Virus record (IMG/VR): IMGVR_UViG_3300035698_007246 | Coordinates: 124,001-188,000 of that record | Length of the DNA: 64,000 nucleotides | Reading direction: 5' to 3' (one strand) | Part shown: one piece after another, positions 23,606 to 32,184 of the stretch | How the letters are laid out: each line of letters begins with the position of its first letter | Position numbering within the stretch: position 1 is the stretch's first letter | The notes under the pieces: generated by a model | What the model was told of the DNA's origin: nothing | Databases searched by the model: none | What the model saw: the letters and a program-made list of their open reading frames with translations, nothing else | Translations under genes and position numbers: made by a program

Positions 23606-24147
23606 ATGTATTTATTTCATATTAATAAGATGGATTTATATAACCATATGGAGAATCTCTTCTGTGCGGTCTACTCTCCAGACCAGAACATTGTTATGCA
23701 TAACTCTGTTCATATTCAAGCACCATCCTTTTGAGATGATTGGGAGCACTCATATCATCATTTATTAAATCCACCTAATTAATATGAAATAAAAGAATTA
23801 TCTCTCCACAAAATGATTTCACAACCACTTCCCTCATCGGGAATAAAGGGATTGAAAATCCTAAAATTCCATATTAATGGATTGTTTGGAAACATCGTGG
23901 AACCTGTCCACCACTCGAATGAAAAGCTATTGTAACCAATATTTAAGATGGGTAACCCCACCACTTTTCTAATAAGCAGATATCTCCAAACAACCCTTAT
24001 ATAAATTCTCCCTAAGAGAGAAATTATTTTCGTTTACACATGATTTTTACATCATGTAATGTGCTTTCTTCATTACCCAAAAATGTCAAAGAACTTTATA
24101 GAGTGCGATGTCATTTGACTTTCGCTTCTCTAATTTAAGACCCCTCT

Positions 24148-24176
24148 AATATAATTAATTGTATTTGAGAAGTCAA
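24148..24176 (-). promoter_or_regulatory. sigma70-like early promoter
   Basis: TTGACT-17-TATATT; boxA-like site downstream at 24084-24094. Confidence 0.75.
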
Positions 24177-24215
24177 TAATTATTTTGAATTAATTTTCAA
24201 TTTTAAAAAAGGAAG

Positions 24216-24305
24216 GTTGTGGGAACAACCGATTTTTCAACCTATCCTGATTTACTACGCTCGTTTAGAGTTTTCAATGTAAATCAGGGTATATGCCCCC
24301 ACAAC
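24216..24305 (-). ncRNA. candidate long hairpin RNA
   Basis: GTTGTGGG/CCCACAAC and CCTGATTTAC/GTAAATCAGG stems. Confidence 0.45.
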
Positions 24306-24404
24306 AGCAATTCCACTCATAAGTAACATAAGTCACTCCTTTGTTAGAGTTTTAAAAACTGTTTATTAATCCAAAAATTTCAAAGAACTTATTTTTACAT
24401 CACT

Positions 24405-24433
24405 AATATAATTAATTGTATTGGTGATGTCAA
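24405..24433 (-). promoter_or_regulatory. sigma70-like early promoter
   Basis: TTGACA-17-TATATT; boxA-like at 24378-24388. Confidence 0.75.
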
Positions 24434-24450
24434 GACTTTATTTTTAAATT

Positions 24451-24585
24451 TATATAGCAAGGGGGACTCGAACACCCAGATAACGCCATTACCACGGAAA
24501 TCACAGCTAATCCTCGACTTTGCTTTCGCTTTCAGCACTTAACCCGCCCTCTGTGTAGGTTCACCTGTGCCAGCATTACTATATA
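24451..24585 (-). ncRNA. T-arm-containing structured RNA
   Basis: TATATAGTAA/TTGCTATATA closing stem; GTTCGAGT T loop; GC-GAAA-GC hairpin. Confidence 0.55.
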
Positions 24586-24611
24586 AATTTAAAATTTCAA
24601 AGAACAATACC

Positions 24612-24640
24612 AATATAATTAATTGTATTAGTGATGTCAA
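24612..24640 (-). promoter_or_regulatory. sigma70-like early promoter
   Basis: TTGACA-17-TATATT; boxA-like at 24595-24605. Confidence 0.75.
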
Positions 24641-24644
24641 TACT

Positions 24645-24974
24645 TTATTTCATTTTTATTTTATTTCTGATAAGAAGCTCACATAATTTATTTCTTAATT
24701 CCTGAATCTGAATCCTATCAAGTTTTTCTTCTGTATAAAATGTCATTGTTGTTTCATGAACAATATTTATTGCAGCCATATCTCGTTGTTGTTGTTGTTG
24801 TTGTTGTTGTTTCACTAACACTGTATTATATTTACAACCACGAAACCTACTATAAAAACAACACCCATCCAAATTTCTTTTACTAAGGCTTTTGTTTTTA
24901 CATTTATCAAATACAGTTAAAGGACATTCCTTTAATTCTGTACCAACAAATATTCTTTTAATATATTTAAACAT
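24645..24974 (-). CDS. hypothetical protein with poly-Gln tract
   Basis: (CAA)8 run at about 24785-24811. Confidence 0.55.
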   Translation of the reverse strand: MFKYIKRIFVGTELKECPLTVFDKCKNKSLSKRNLDGCCFYSRFRGCKYNTVLVKQQQQQQQQRDMAAINIVHETTMTFYTEEKLDRIQIQELRNKLCELLIRNKIKMK

Positions 24975-24991
24975 AAAAACCTTTCAAAATA

Positions 24992-25090
24992 TGTTGGCTG
25001 ATAGATTTGAACTATCATCTGCACCTTTAACGATGCTATCATCCTTAAGGATAAGACACCTTGTCATGTTACTAATTACACCAAGCCAAC
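24992..25090 (-). ncRNA. tRNA-like RNA with extra hairpins
   Basis: GTTGGCT/AGCCAAC acceptor, D and T arms, three internal hairpins. Confidence 0.55.
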
Positions 25091-25097
25091 TTTAAAA

Positions 25098-25173
25098 TGG
25101 AGCCGAAGGAGGGATTTAAACCCCCAACATCCCGATTACAAATCGGGTGCTCTGTCAATTGAGCTACTACGGC
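25098..25173 (-). tRNA. tRNA-Thr(TGT)
   Basis: Cloverleaf, loop TTTGTAA, CCA. Confidence 0.88.
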
Positions 25174-25185
25174 ATAATTTAAATT

Positions 25186-25251
25186 TGGGGTGACCGAGGA
25201 GGCTCGACAGGAACCACAATCCTGTGTTCTACCAGTTGAACTACAGTCACC
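25186..25251 (-). tRNA. T-armless tRNA-His(GTG)
   Basis: G-1, C73, CCA, perfect D and anticodon arms; only TCGAGCCTCCT between anticodon and acceptor stems. Confidence 0.65.
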
Positions 25252-25259
25252 ATATATTA

Positions 25260-25559
25260 CTAAAAGTCATTGTATTCTTCACAATCCCTATCATGGAGTA
25301 TGTTTTCCCATTGTGCTAAAGCATATAATGTACGATTACATTCATCTTCAGTAAATTGTACAGTAATAGAACCTTTATCACCATCAGCAAAATGTTTCAG
25401 GGTGTCATCAACTGTATACTCAACAACAGGACTATTCCCACATTTTTTCATAAGGTCATATCGCCCTTTCCAGTATTTAACTTCTGATTGAAGAGCTTTA
25501 ATTTTAATTTCATCTGTTATAACTATATCTTGTTTTGAGTCATCACTCGATTTTGACAT
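25260..25559 (-). CDS. hypothetical protein
   Basis: Start trimmed to MSKSSDD. Confidence 0.5.
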   Translation of the reverse strand: MSKSSDDSKQDIVITDEIKIKALQSEVKYWKGRYDLMKKCGNSPVVEYTVDDTLKHFADGDKGSITVQFTEDECNRTLYALAQWENILHDRDCEEYNDF

Positions 25560-25599
25560 TTTTCTTTCATAATATCTCCTTAAACAATTTAACACCCTT

Positions 25600-25628
25600 A
25601 ATATAATTTGTGACACTATGGATGTCAA
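25600..25628 (-). promoter_or_regulatory. sigma70-like early promoter
   Basis: TTGACA-17-TATATT. Confidence 0.75.
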
Positions 25629-25651
25629 TAGTTATTTTTTAAAAAAGAATT

Positions 25652-25727
25652 TGGTGCCGCCTCTCGGAATCGAACCGAGTTATTCCGGGCTTCAGCCGGG
25701 TGCATTGACCACAATTGCTTAAACGGC
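25652..25727 (-). tRNA. tRNA-Phe(GAA)
   Basis: Cloverleaf, loop CTGAAGC, CCA. Confidence 0.85.
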
Positions 25728-25737
25728 ATATATTTTA

Positions 25738-25820
25738 TGGTGGAAAGGATAGGAGTCGAACCTACACAGAATTAACGGGTGTTTTACAGACACTTGGGTT
25801 CACCAATACCCAGCCTTTCC
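25738..25820 (-). tRNA. tRNA-Tyr(GTA)
   Basis: Loop CTGTAAA, variable arm, CCA. Confidence 0.9.
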
Positions 25821-25824
25821 ATAT

Positions 25825-26319
25825 TTATTTTTCTACATCACCTAAATTTTCAAAGAACTTTTTTGCATATTTATTAACATCATCTAAAATATGTGTCCTA
25901 TACCTGCTATGCCAATAACTATGATGTGTTGGACATAATGGTATTAAATTTTCTGGTTTATTATTTTTACTATCACCATCATAATGATGAACTTCAACAA
26001 TTTTATCTTCATCACAAATAATACATTTCTTTTTATGATAAACAAAACATGTTGTTCGATATGCACAATCTTTCCAATTTGGATGATTAGTACCAGTTCT
26101 AAAATATGTGTTTGCACAACCACAAGAACATGTTGTGCCAGTTTTAAAATTTTTAATTGGTTTATTACAAACCGGACATAATTTTAAATTTTTTGGATTT
26201 AAATAACAACTCTCTTCATGTCTTGATAAATTAGCAACAACCCGCTCCTCTTTACACCATCGACATTTTTGTTTTTTAGTACTTCCAAGTTTTAAATTTT
26301 GTAATGAATTGCTATGCAT
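25825..26319 (-). CDS. HNH homing endonuclease
   Basis: KKCIICDE..IVEVHHYDG...NLIPLCPTHH. Confidence 0.88.
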   Translation of the reverse strand: MHSNSLQNLKLGSTKKQKCRWCKEERVVANLSRHEESCYLNPKNLKLCPVCNKPIKNFKTGTTCSCGCANTYFRTGTNHPNWKDCAYRTTCFVYHKKKCIICDEDKIVEVHHYDGDSKNNKPENLIPLCPTHHSYWHSRYRTHILDDVNKYAKKFFENLGDVEK

Positions 26320-26398
26320 AATACCTCCTTATAGATTCATATAAAATTATTTATACAAATTCCATGCAAGGTATTTGGAAAACAGCCAAATCACATAA

Positions 26399-26474
26399 TC
26401 GAGCGAGGAGGATTCGAACCTCCGACAACCCTGAATCCAAATCAGGTAGGCTAACCAGACTGCCCCACCGCTCG
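26399..26474 (-). tRNA. tRNA-Pro(TGG)
   Basis: CGAGCGG acceptor, loop TTTGGAT. Confidence 0.9.
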
Positions 26475-26504
26475 TTATATTTAACCAAAAAATTTCAAAG
26501 AACA

Positions 26505-26589
26505 TGGTACTGAAGGTGGGATTTGAACCCACACGCCCAAAGGACACCTGATTCTAAGTCAGGCACGTCTTCCATTTCATCACTCCAGC
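26505..26589 (-). tRNA. tRNA-Leu(TAG)
   Basis: Type II, loop CTTAGAA, CCA. Confidence 0.9.
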
Positions 26590-26668
26590 ATTAAATGAAT
26601 GTTGTTTAACTGGTACAACAATCAAAACCTTGATTGACCCTCACACAAAGGTAAAGGCTCTAAACGAC

Positions 26669-26702
26669 AAAAAGGGCTTCTAAGTTTAGTTAGAAGCCCT
26701 TT
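26669..26702 (-). terminator. rho-independent terminator
   Basis: AAGGGCTTCTAA-loop-TTAGAAGCCCTT followed by T-tract on minus strand. Confidence 0.75.
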
Positions 26703-26934
26703 CATCTATATAATATGAATTTCCTTCTAACTACAAACCACTCCACTCAGGTGTTCTCGCTGAATAATCATTATGGAGTTTAAAAATTGGATACAATATG
26801 CCCATTCCGTTGTTAAGCGTACAATCACATAGTGTTTGTTTAAATGTATTTTGCATAATATTCCCTTCAATTTGTTAAAATTAATTCATCTTATAACTAT
26901 TTATATAAATTATTTTCAAAATAGTCTCTTTTTA

Positions 26935-27111
26935 CTAACTTTTTTTATTACCTACACCATTTCCGGACCCATCTCTACGAGGAGTTTTTCCACACTCACC
27001 TTGAATATGATTAGATGTACGAGAAGTTCCCTTACGATTACCTACACCATTTCCAGACCCATCTCTACGAGGAGTTTTTCCACACTCACCTTGATTTTTT
27101 AAATTATTCAT
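26935..27111 (-). CDS. 58-aa Gly-rich repeat protein (not in ORF track)
   Basis: MNNLKNQGECGKTPRRDGSGNGVGNRKGTSRTSNHIQGECGKTPRRDGSGNGVGNKKS; GGTGG RBS. Confidence 0.65.
   Translation of the reverse strand: MNNLKNQGECGKTPRRDGSGNGVGNRKGTSRTSNHIQGECGKTPRRDGSGNGVGNKKS
26947..27094. repeat. 58-bp direct repeat x2, period 90 bp
   Basis: 26947-27004 and 27037-27094, one mismatch; encodes the repeated peptide. Confidence 0.9.
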
Positions 27112-27216
27112 AATACCACCAATTTTTTTAAATTATTCACATTTATTTATTTCTATCCAATAGATAAAAATCAAATTTTATAACTGTATCATTTCAACTT
27201 TAATAACATCCCCAAC

Positions 27217-27245
27217 AATATAATAAATGTTTCATACGTTGTCAA
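27217..27245 (-). promoter_or_regulatory. sigma70-like early promoter
   Basis: TTGACA-17-TATATT. Confidence 0.72.
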
Positions 27246-27340
27246 GGCCCTTTTTGAAAAACTTTGGTGAACCACACAAATCCACCAAAGTCTTTTTCAA
27301 AGGAGTCATATGACTTTAAAATCATACAACGTATAATAAT

Positions 27341-27368
27341 AATATAATATATTCCCAGAGAAAGTCAA
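27341..27368 (-). promoter_or_regulatory. sigma70-like early promoter
   Basis: TTGACT-16-TATATT. Confidence 0.65.
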
Positions 27369-27371
27369 TAG

Positions 27372-27611
27372 TTATTTTAAAACTTTTTTGAAACATTCCC
27401 CAATATAACTATCATTCCAAAATAAAAAATCTTTTTCATTAGATATAAAATTCATAGTTTTAAGGCTACTCTGTTCATCTTGAAAATTCATAGCAACCAT
27501 CGAATATCGCATACCTAATTTATTATCACATTTAGTCATATAGTACACAATACCGACTGGATGATTAACTTTTTCTTTAATTTTATTTAAAATTTCTTTA
27601 TTAGTTTGCAT
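27372..27611 (-). CDS. hypothetical protein
   Basis: 79 aa ORF. Confidence 0.5.
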   Translation of the reverse strand: MQTNKEILNKIKEKVNHPVGIVYYMTKCDNKLGMRYSMVAMNFQDEQSSLKTMNFISNEKDFLFWNDSYIGECFKKVLK

Positions 27612-27623
27612 AATTTACCCCTT

Positions 27624-28352
27624 TTATAATGGCAAAAACGGTGCATGACCAGTTAAAAAATTATCAATAGGAACATAATTATCATCATTAGGATTAACTA
27701 TTTCTTCCACAACGACACCAGTTGCTTCTTTTAACTCTTCCAATGAACCATCATTATCTATAACATAGAACCATTCTTTAAAATGGTCTAATGCAATTTC
27801 AGATTCATGTTGGTCTACAATACCAGTTTTGCGTTCAACACGTATTGTAATAACTGTTATTTCGTCCATATCAACGTCATTAAAGACATTTATTTCATTA
27901 GGGAACCTTGTGTCTGTTATAACAATAACATTGGCTTCTGACTCTAATACTCGCTCTTTAACTTGTTTTGCCCAATAATCAGAATCAACACGGTTTCTGA
28001 ATATTTCAGTTCCGTATATTTGAAGAAGGGCACGAGTCACACCATTCTTTTTCTCAAAATAGTTTTCATCTTTGACTTTAATCTCGTCTATTGCTGCAAT
28101 TAAAGAATCGAGCATAGTATTTTTGGTCATTACATTAGTAAAAGTATTCACCAATGATTTTAATGACTCTGCATACCCATTAAGATATGTAGCTAACTTT
28201 TTAAAATCATCTTTGCAGTTATTTTTGAGGTCATGTGCAAACAAATCTGTTTCTACGGTTAACCCACGAGATTTCATATTTTCAATAATATAATCTGCCG
28301 TGACATTTTTTCCTGTCTGCATTTTCCCAGACATCAATATTACATATTTCAT
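27624..28352 (-). CDS. deoxynucleoside monophosphate kinase (T4 gp1-like)
   Basis: SGKMQTGKNVTAD P-loop, RALLQIYGTEIFR, ITDTRFPNE, HESE. Confidence 0.88.
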   Translation of the reverse strand: MKYVILMSGKMQTGKNVTADYIIENMKSRGLTVETDLFAHDLKNNCKDDFKKLATYLNGYAESLKSLVNTFTNVMTKNTMLDSLIAAIDEIKVKDENYFEKKNGVTRALLQIYGTEIFRNRVDSDYWAKQVKERVLESEANVIVITDTRFPNEINVFNDVDMDEITVITIRVERKTGIVDQHESEIALDHFKEWFYVIDNDGSLEELKEATGVVVEEIVNPNDDNYVPIDNFLTGHAPFLPL

Positions 28353-28769
28353 TTATTTAAACCTTGGAAAAAAGATTATTTTATATTCTTCACCAGCGAC
28401 TTCACGGGTTTCATTCATAACTTTTGAAACATGTTCTTCTGCTTTAACTCTTGGCATACGTCCACAATCAATGAAAAATACATTTGGATGTTCTTTTGAT
28501 AAAACATAATGATATTTATCATCACCATTTAATATGCTAAGATTCTTTCTTGCTTCTGGATATTTATTAAGAATTCTTTCCCATAATTCATAAGCACGTT
28601 CAACAACTTCATCCCTTTTATCTTTATATACCACTTGCCAAGGAGGTGTTCCAACAACATCTTCAACAATAAGTTTAATTTGGTCATCTGCAAGTTCAAT
28701 ATTAACAACAGGATACCCTAATCGTGTTCTAACATAATCAATAAAATTTTCCATGTTTTCAAGTTTCAT
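28353..28769 (-). CDS. protein with gp13 neck-protein-like N-terminus
   Basis: DYVRTRLGYPVVNIELADDQI resembles gp13 LRRLGAPIINVELTPDQI. Confidence 0.55.
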   Translation of the reverse strand: MKLENMENFIDYVRTRLGYPVVNIELADDQIKLIVEDVVGTPPWQVVYKDKRDEVVERAYELWERILNKYPEARKNLSILNGDDKYHYVLSKEHPNVFFIDCGRMPRVKAEEHVSKVMNETREVAGEEYKIIFFPRFK

Positions 28770-28818
28770 AATATTCTCCTTAAATACAAATGTGGGTTTC
28801 CCCACACTTGATTATTTA

Positions 28819-29505
28819 TTAACAATCTTTTTTAACAGCTTTAAACTTTTCATCAAGATTAACTTCACTTTCTTGACAAAAACTTGCTTTAAGTGAGTCT
28901 GTATCAACACATCTTGCTTGTTTTGAATACATTGATACATTTTGAAATGCACTACGTGTCCCAATATCACTATTAGAATAAGTCACACTGTTGTTTTTAT
29001 CAAATCCCATTGTCCGTCCAACATCAAAAGCGTCTTGGTTTGTTGCAAGATAAATAAACTTCCAATCATGTTCCTTTTCAAAAAAAGAAATTAACTCTTT
29101 AATTCTTGGAGTTGTATATTCTTTACTTGTATTCTCATGACCATCTGTCAATATTGCAACAACAACATTGTCTGGACATTTGTCTTCATCCATTTCAGTA
29201 TGTCTTTTTAATGATTCTGTCAATGTAATACCGATAGCGTCATTAAGAGATGTCATTCCACCCGGAACATATACCGTTTCATCAAGTTCAGGAACTGTAT
29301 TAATATCAATATTTTCATAGATTTTCTCATACCCAGTATCAAATAGAATCAGGCTTACACCAGTATACCCTTCTTCATCTAATTGGTCTTTGATATACGC
29401 ATTATATCCACCGATTGTATCACTTCTCAATCGGTGCATAGAACCAGATTTATCCAAAACACATATTAGTTCAGTTCTTTTTGCTTGGATTTTTTTGACT
29501 TCCAT
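28819..29505 (-). CDS. vWA domain protein
   Basis: VLDKSGSM MIDAS, GMTSLNDAI, ILTDGHEN. Confidence 0.88.
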   Translation of the reverse strand: MEVKKIQAKRTELICVLDKSGSMHRLRSDTIGGYNAYIKDQLDEEGYTGVSLILFDTGYEKIYENIDINTVPELDETVYVPGGMTSLNDAIGITLTESLKRHTEMDEDKCPDNVVVAILTDGHENTSKEYTTPRIKELISFFEKEHDWKFIYLATNQDAFDVGRTMGFDKNNSVTYSNSDIGTRSAFQNVSMYSKQARCVDTDSLKASFCQESEVNLDEKFKAVKKDC

Positions 29506-29810
29506 TCTTTGCCCCCTAATACGTTTCCTTCAGAAACGATAAAATATTCAATACCATCAATAAACATACTAATTTCAGTCATTTTTCTGAAATATATAGT
29601 GTCACCAACTTGAGCTTTTAATGGTCTCAATGTACCATCTTGCAATCTATATCCGTCACCAATTTTTAAAACTATTCCTTCAGAATAGTTTTTGGTAGTA
29701 TCATCATTAACAACAATAATCCCACCCGGTGTTTTTGCCTCACCACCTACTTTTAATATCAACATGTTATCATAGTACGGTGTGAACTCAACTGTTTTCT
29801 GCTTTTTCAT
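29466..29810 (-). CDS. groES: GroES-like co-chaperonin
   Basis: PYYDNMLI...KTPGGIIV...GIVLKIGDG...PLKAQVGDTIYF. Confidence 0.9.
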   Translation of the reverse strand: MKKQKTVEFTPYYDNMLILKVGGEAKTPGGIIVVNDDTTKNYSEGIVLKIGDGYRLQDGTLRPLKAQVGDTIYFRKMTEISMFIDGIEYFIVSEGNVLGGKEWKSKKSKQKELN

Positions 29811-31051
29811 TACGAAGTCCTCTCAATTAACGCTTTATAAATTATTGAATTTCTTTGTCTTTTTACTTTTATGATAGATTTTGCATTGTACTCTTCAAGT
29901 TTTGGGTCAACATCATACATAACACTATCATCATCAACATTTTGTAAATCTATCTTCATACTGTCAACATCACCATTTTCAAAAATAAAATGTATGTTTT
30001 GACTTGCCCTACTAATAAGATTGAGAGCTTTATCGGAATAATCATTAGCCCCAACAAGACTACCACTTCTTAATAAAACATCTTTAATTTTTGCTTCATG
30101 TAAATGTCCACATAAGATATAATCAACTCTGATATTCCTTTGACGGATATAACGAGCCAATGTACCATTAATATCTTTTGCAATTTGTTTTTTAAGAAAA
30201 TTCCCATGACACAACAAAAAGTTAACACCATTTATTGTCAATATTTGTTCTAATGGGTTTCCTTCAACAAATGTAACACCATCATTATGCATGAATAGCA
30301 TTTTTAATCCTTGAAAAATACCGAAATCATAATTATCAGAAGCAAAAAAATCAGAATTACTACTTTCTTCTCTCACTCGTGATTCATTTCCAGAAACGGT
30401 ATATACTTCCACATTCACATGTTCATTTAAATGTCGTATGAACATAGACAATAAATCCATAGCAAGATAAGACGCTTTTGTTCTATTAGTCGCCAGTGAA
30501 ATAATTTCATCAGTTCGTCTATCACTGTTGATTAAATCTCCAGTCATAGCCAATTTGACATTCTTAACATTCATTGAATTTGCATATTGAATAATTTTAG
30601 AAGCAAATCTAAATAATCGTTTACTTGCTATTCTAAAATCATACTTATTCCCATTTTCACCCAAATCAACTAACTCATTAAAATGAGTATCTGTCAAATG
30701 GACTATCATACTTGTTGGTGAATCACAACTTAGATGTTTTTTCATCGGAGAGAATGCTCTCTCTTTTAACAAATCACTAAAACATGTCACATAATCCTGA
30801 AGAAAAATTGTTTCTTTTGTTGGATTTCTCCAGATTCTTCTTTCATATGTGTTAATTGTTTGTAATCGCAAATTCTTTGTTGCAAGTTTAACATTCTGTT
30901 TTACGAGTTCATCATTCTCTATTTCAACCCCAACATCAACATCATTAACTTCAATTGGAATTTCATGAGAACCACATGATTGACACTTTGATTTATTACT
31001 CCGTGTCACAATGCTATTAATTTTACCACACTCGGCACACTTTTTAGCCAT
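29810..31051 (-). CDS. calcineurin-like metallophosphoesterase with N-terminal Zn ribbon
   Basis: LTDTH, GDLI, GNESR, CHG, GHLH motifs. Confidence 0.85.
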   Translation of the reverse strand: MAKKCAECGKINSIVTRSNKSKCQSCGSHEIPIEVNDVDVGVEIENDELVKQNVKLATKNLRLQTINTYERRIWRNPTKETIFLQDYVTCFSDLLKERAFSPMKKHLSCDSPTSMIVHLTDTHFNELVDLGENGNKYDFRIASKRLFRFASKIIQYANSMNVKNVKLAMTGDLINSDRRTDEIISLATNRTKASYLAMDLLSMFIRHLNEHVNVEVYTVSGNESRVREESSNSDFFASDNYDFGIFQGLKMLFMHNDGVTFVEGNPLEQILTINGVNFLLCHGNFLKKQIAKDINGTLARYIRQRNIRVDYILCGHLHEAKIKDVLLRSGSLVGANDYSDKALNLISRASQNIHFIFENGDVDSMKIDLQNVDDDSVMYDVDPKLEEYNAKSIIKVKRQRNSIIYKALIERTS

Positions 31052-31062
31052 ACTAACTCCCT

Positions 31063-31254
31063 TTAACCATTAAGTAATCGTGGTGACACATCAACATAAT
31101 CAGTACCAAGTACTCCTTCTGTTATTACTTCACCAGAAAGACTCACTTTACCACACGTACATTTACGAATACAAACTTGTTCGTTGCACTCTAATGTAGC
31201 ACCACAATGCAAACATTTAACTTTCTTCTGAATTTTCATTTTTTCCTCCATCAT
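31063..31254 (-). CDS. small Zn-finger protein
   Basis: KCLHCG...CTCG. Confidence 0.55.
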   Translation of the reverse strand: MMEEKMKIQKKVKCLHCGATLECNEQVCIRKCTCGKVSLSGEVITEGVLGTDYVDVSPRLLNG

Positions 31255-31762
31255 ATTTAAATTCGAAATCGTTAATTTCTGTATAATCTATTAATATCCT
31301 TTTACAAACTTCACAATGAAATTGTTTATCAGGTATATCTTCATATTTAGACCATGAATAAAATCCATATCCACATGAACACTCAACACTCAACACATCT
31401 TTATAGTTGGTTGTGTTTTCCACATGGTATTCATTCATTATATCTACTTTATTTTGAAACATCCCCAAATAGATTACTTTTTTTTCATCAGGAGACAATT
31501 CATGTTCGCGTCTCCCATCTTCTAACACATCATTAAATCGAGATGAATCTAAATACAAATCAATATTTTTAAAATCAAAATTTATTTTTAAATTGTTAAT
31601 AATATCAGATACCGCCTTCTCTATTATTTTCACACCGCTAAGATATCCAATTAAATAGTCCCTATTTTTAACAACCACAGGAACCCAGTATGGTTGTTTA
31701 TTTCGTATCGGTGAAGTATATCGCATTATTTTCCCCATGTTGTTCATTAAACTTACACCCAT
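31217..31762 (-). CDS. hypothetical protein
   Basis: CSCG...CEVC; operon context. Confidence 0.55.
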   Translation of the reverse strand: MGVSLMNNMGKIMRYTSPIRNKQPYWVPVVVKNRDYLIGYLSGVKIIEKAVSDIINNLKINFDFKNIDLYLDSSRFNDVLEDGRREHELSPDEKKVIYLGMFQNKVDIMNEYHVENTTNYKDVLSVECSCGYGFYSWSKYEDIPDKQFHCEVCKRILIDYTEINDFEFKYDGGKNENSEES

Positions 31763-31770
31763 TTGAATAT

Positions 31771-32184
31771 TTATACTTCAACCATTTGATTATTACCATA
31801 CTTATAAGTTTCTAAAATCTTTTTAATCTCATCATCACTCATCATATCCTTATATAATTCAGCCTCACGACCCCCAACTGCAAAATAATCAGCAATATAT
31901 TTGATTTCTGTTCCAGTCAGTTCTTTATTTAACTTTACAGACTGGTAATCAATTTGTAATTTTTGCTGAGGCAAAACAGCCAACAAAAAATTATAATGCG
32001 TTTGTTTTGTCATCAATTGGCTGTGTTGATTCAACTCATTGATAATAGGTAACAATAATTCAATTGAAGAAAGCCACCTATTAATCATATATGGGTTGTA
32101 ATTAGTACTATTATTAGGGTCAGACATATCAAGCTCTTTCTTATTAACAGACATTGCGTCAATATATTCCCAAGGTTTTTCCAT
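31771..32184 (-). CDS. clamp loader small subunit (gp62-like)
   Basis: NYNPYMINRWLS...NELN...THYNFLL pattern; near gp44/gp45. Confidence 0.8.
   Translation of the reverse strand: MEKPWEYIDAMSVNKKELDMSDPNNSTNYNPYMINRWLSSIELLLPIINELNQHSQLMTKQTHYNFLLAVLPQQKLQIDYQSVKLNKELTGTEIKYIADYFAVGGREAELYKDMMSDDEIKKILETYKYGNNQMVEV

Noticed and set aside
24303-24310. ACAGCAA on the plus strand
   Set aside because: Wrong strand and no GAAG-ATTGA or P1, so it is not a clamp copy.
26947-27094. Repeat-spacer-repeat resembling a mini CRISPR array
   Set aside because: Only two 58-bp units, too long for a CRISPR repeat, and the in-frame 90-bp period encodes a repeated peptide on the minus strand.
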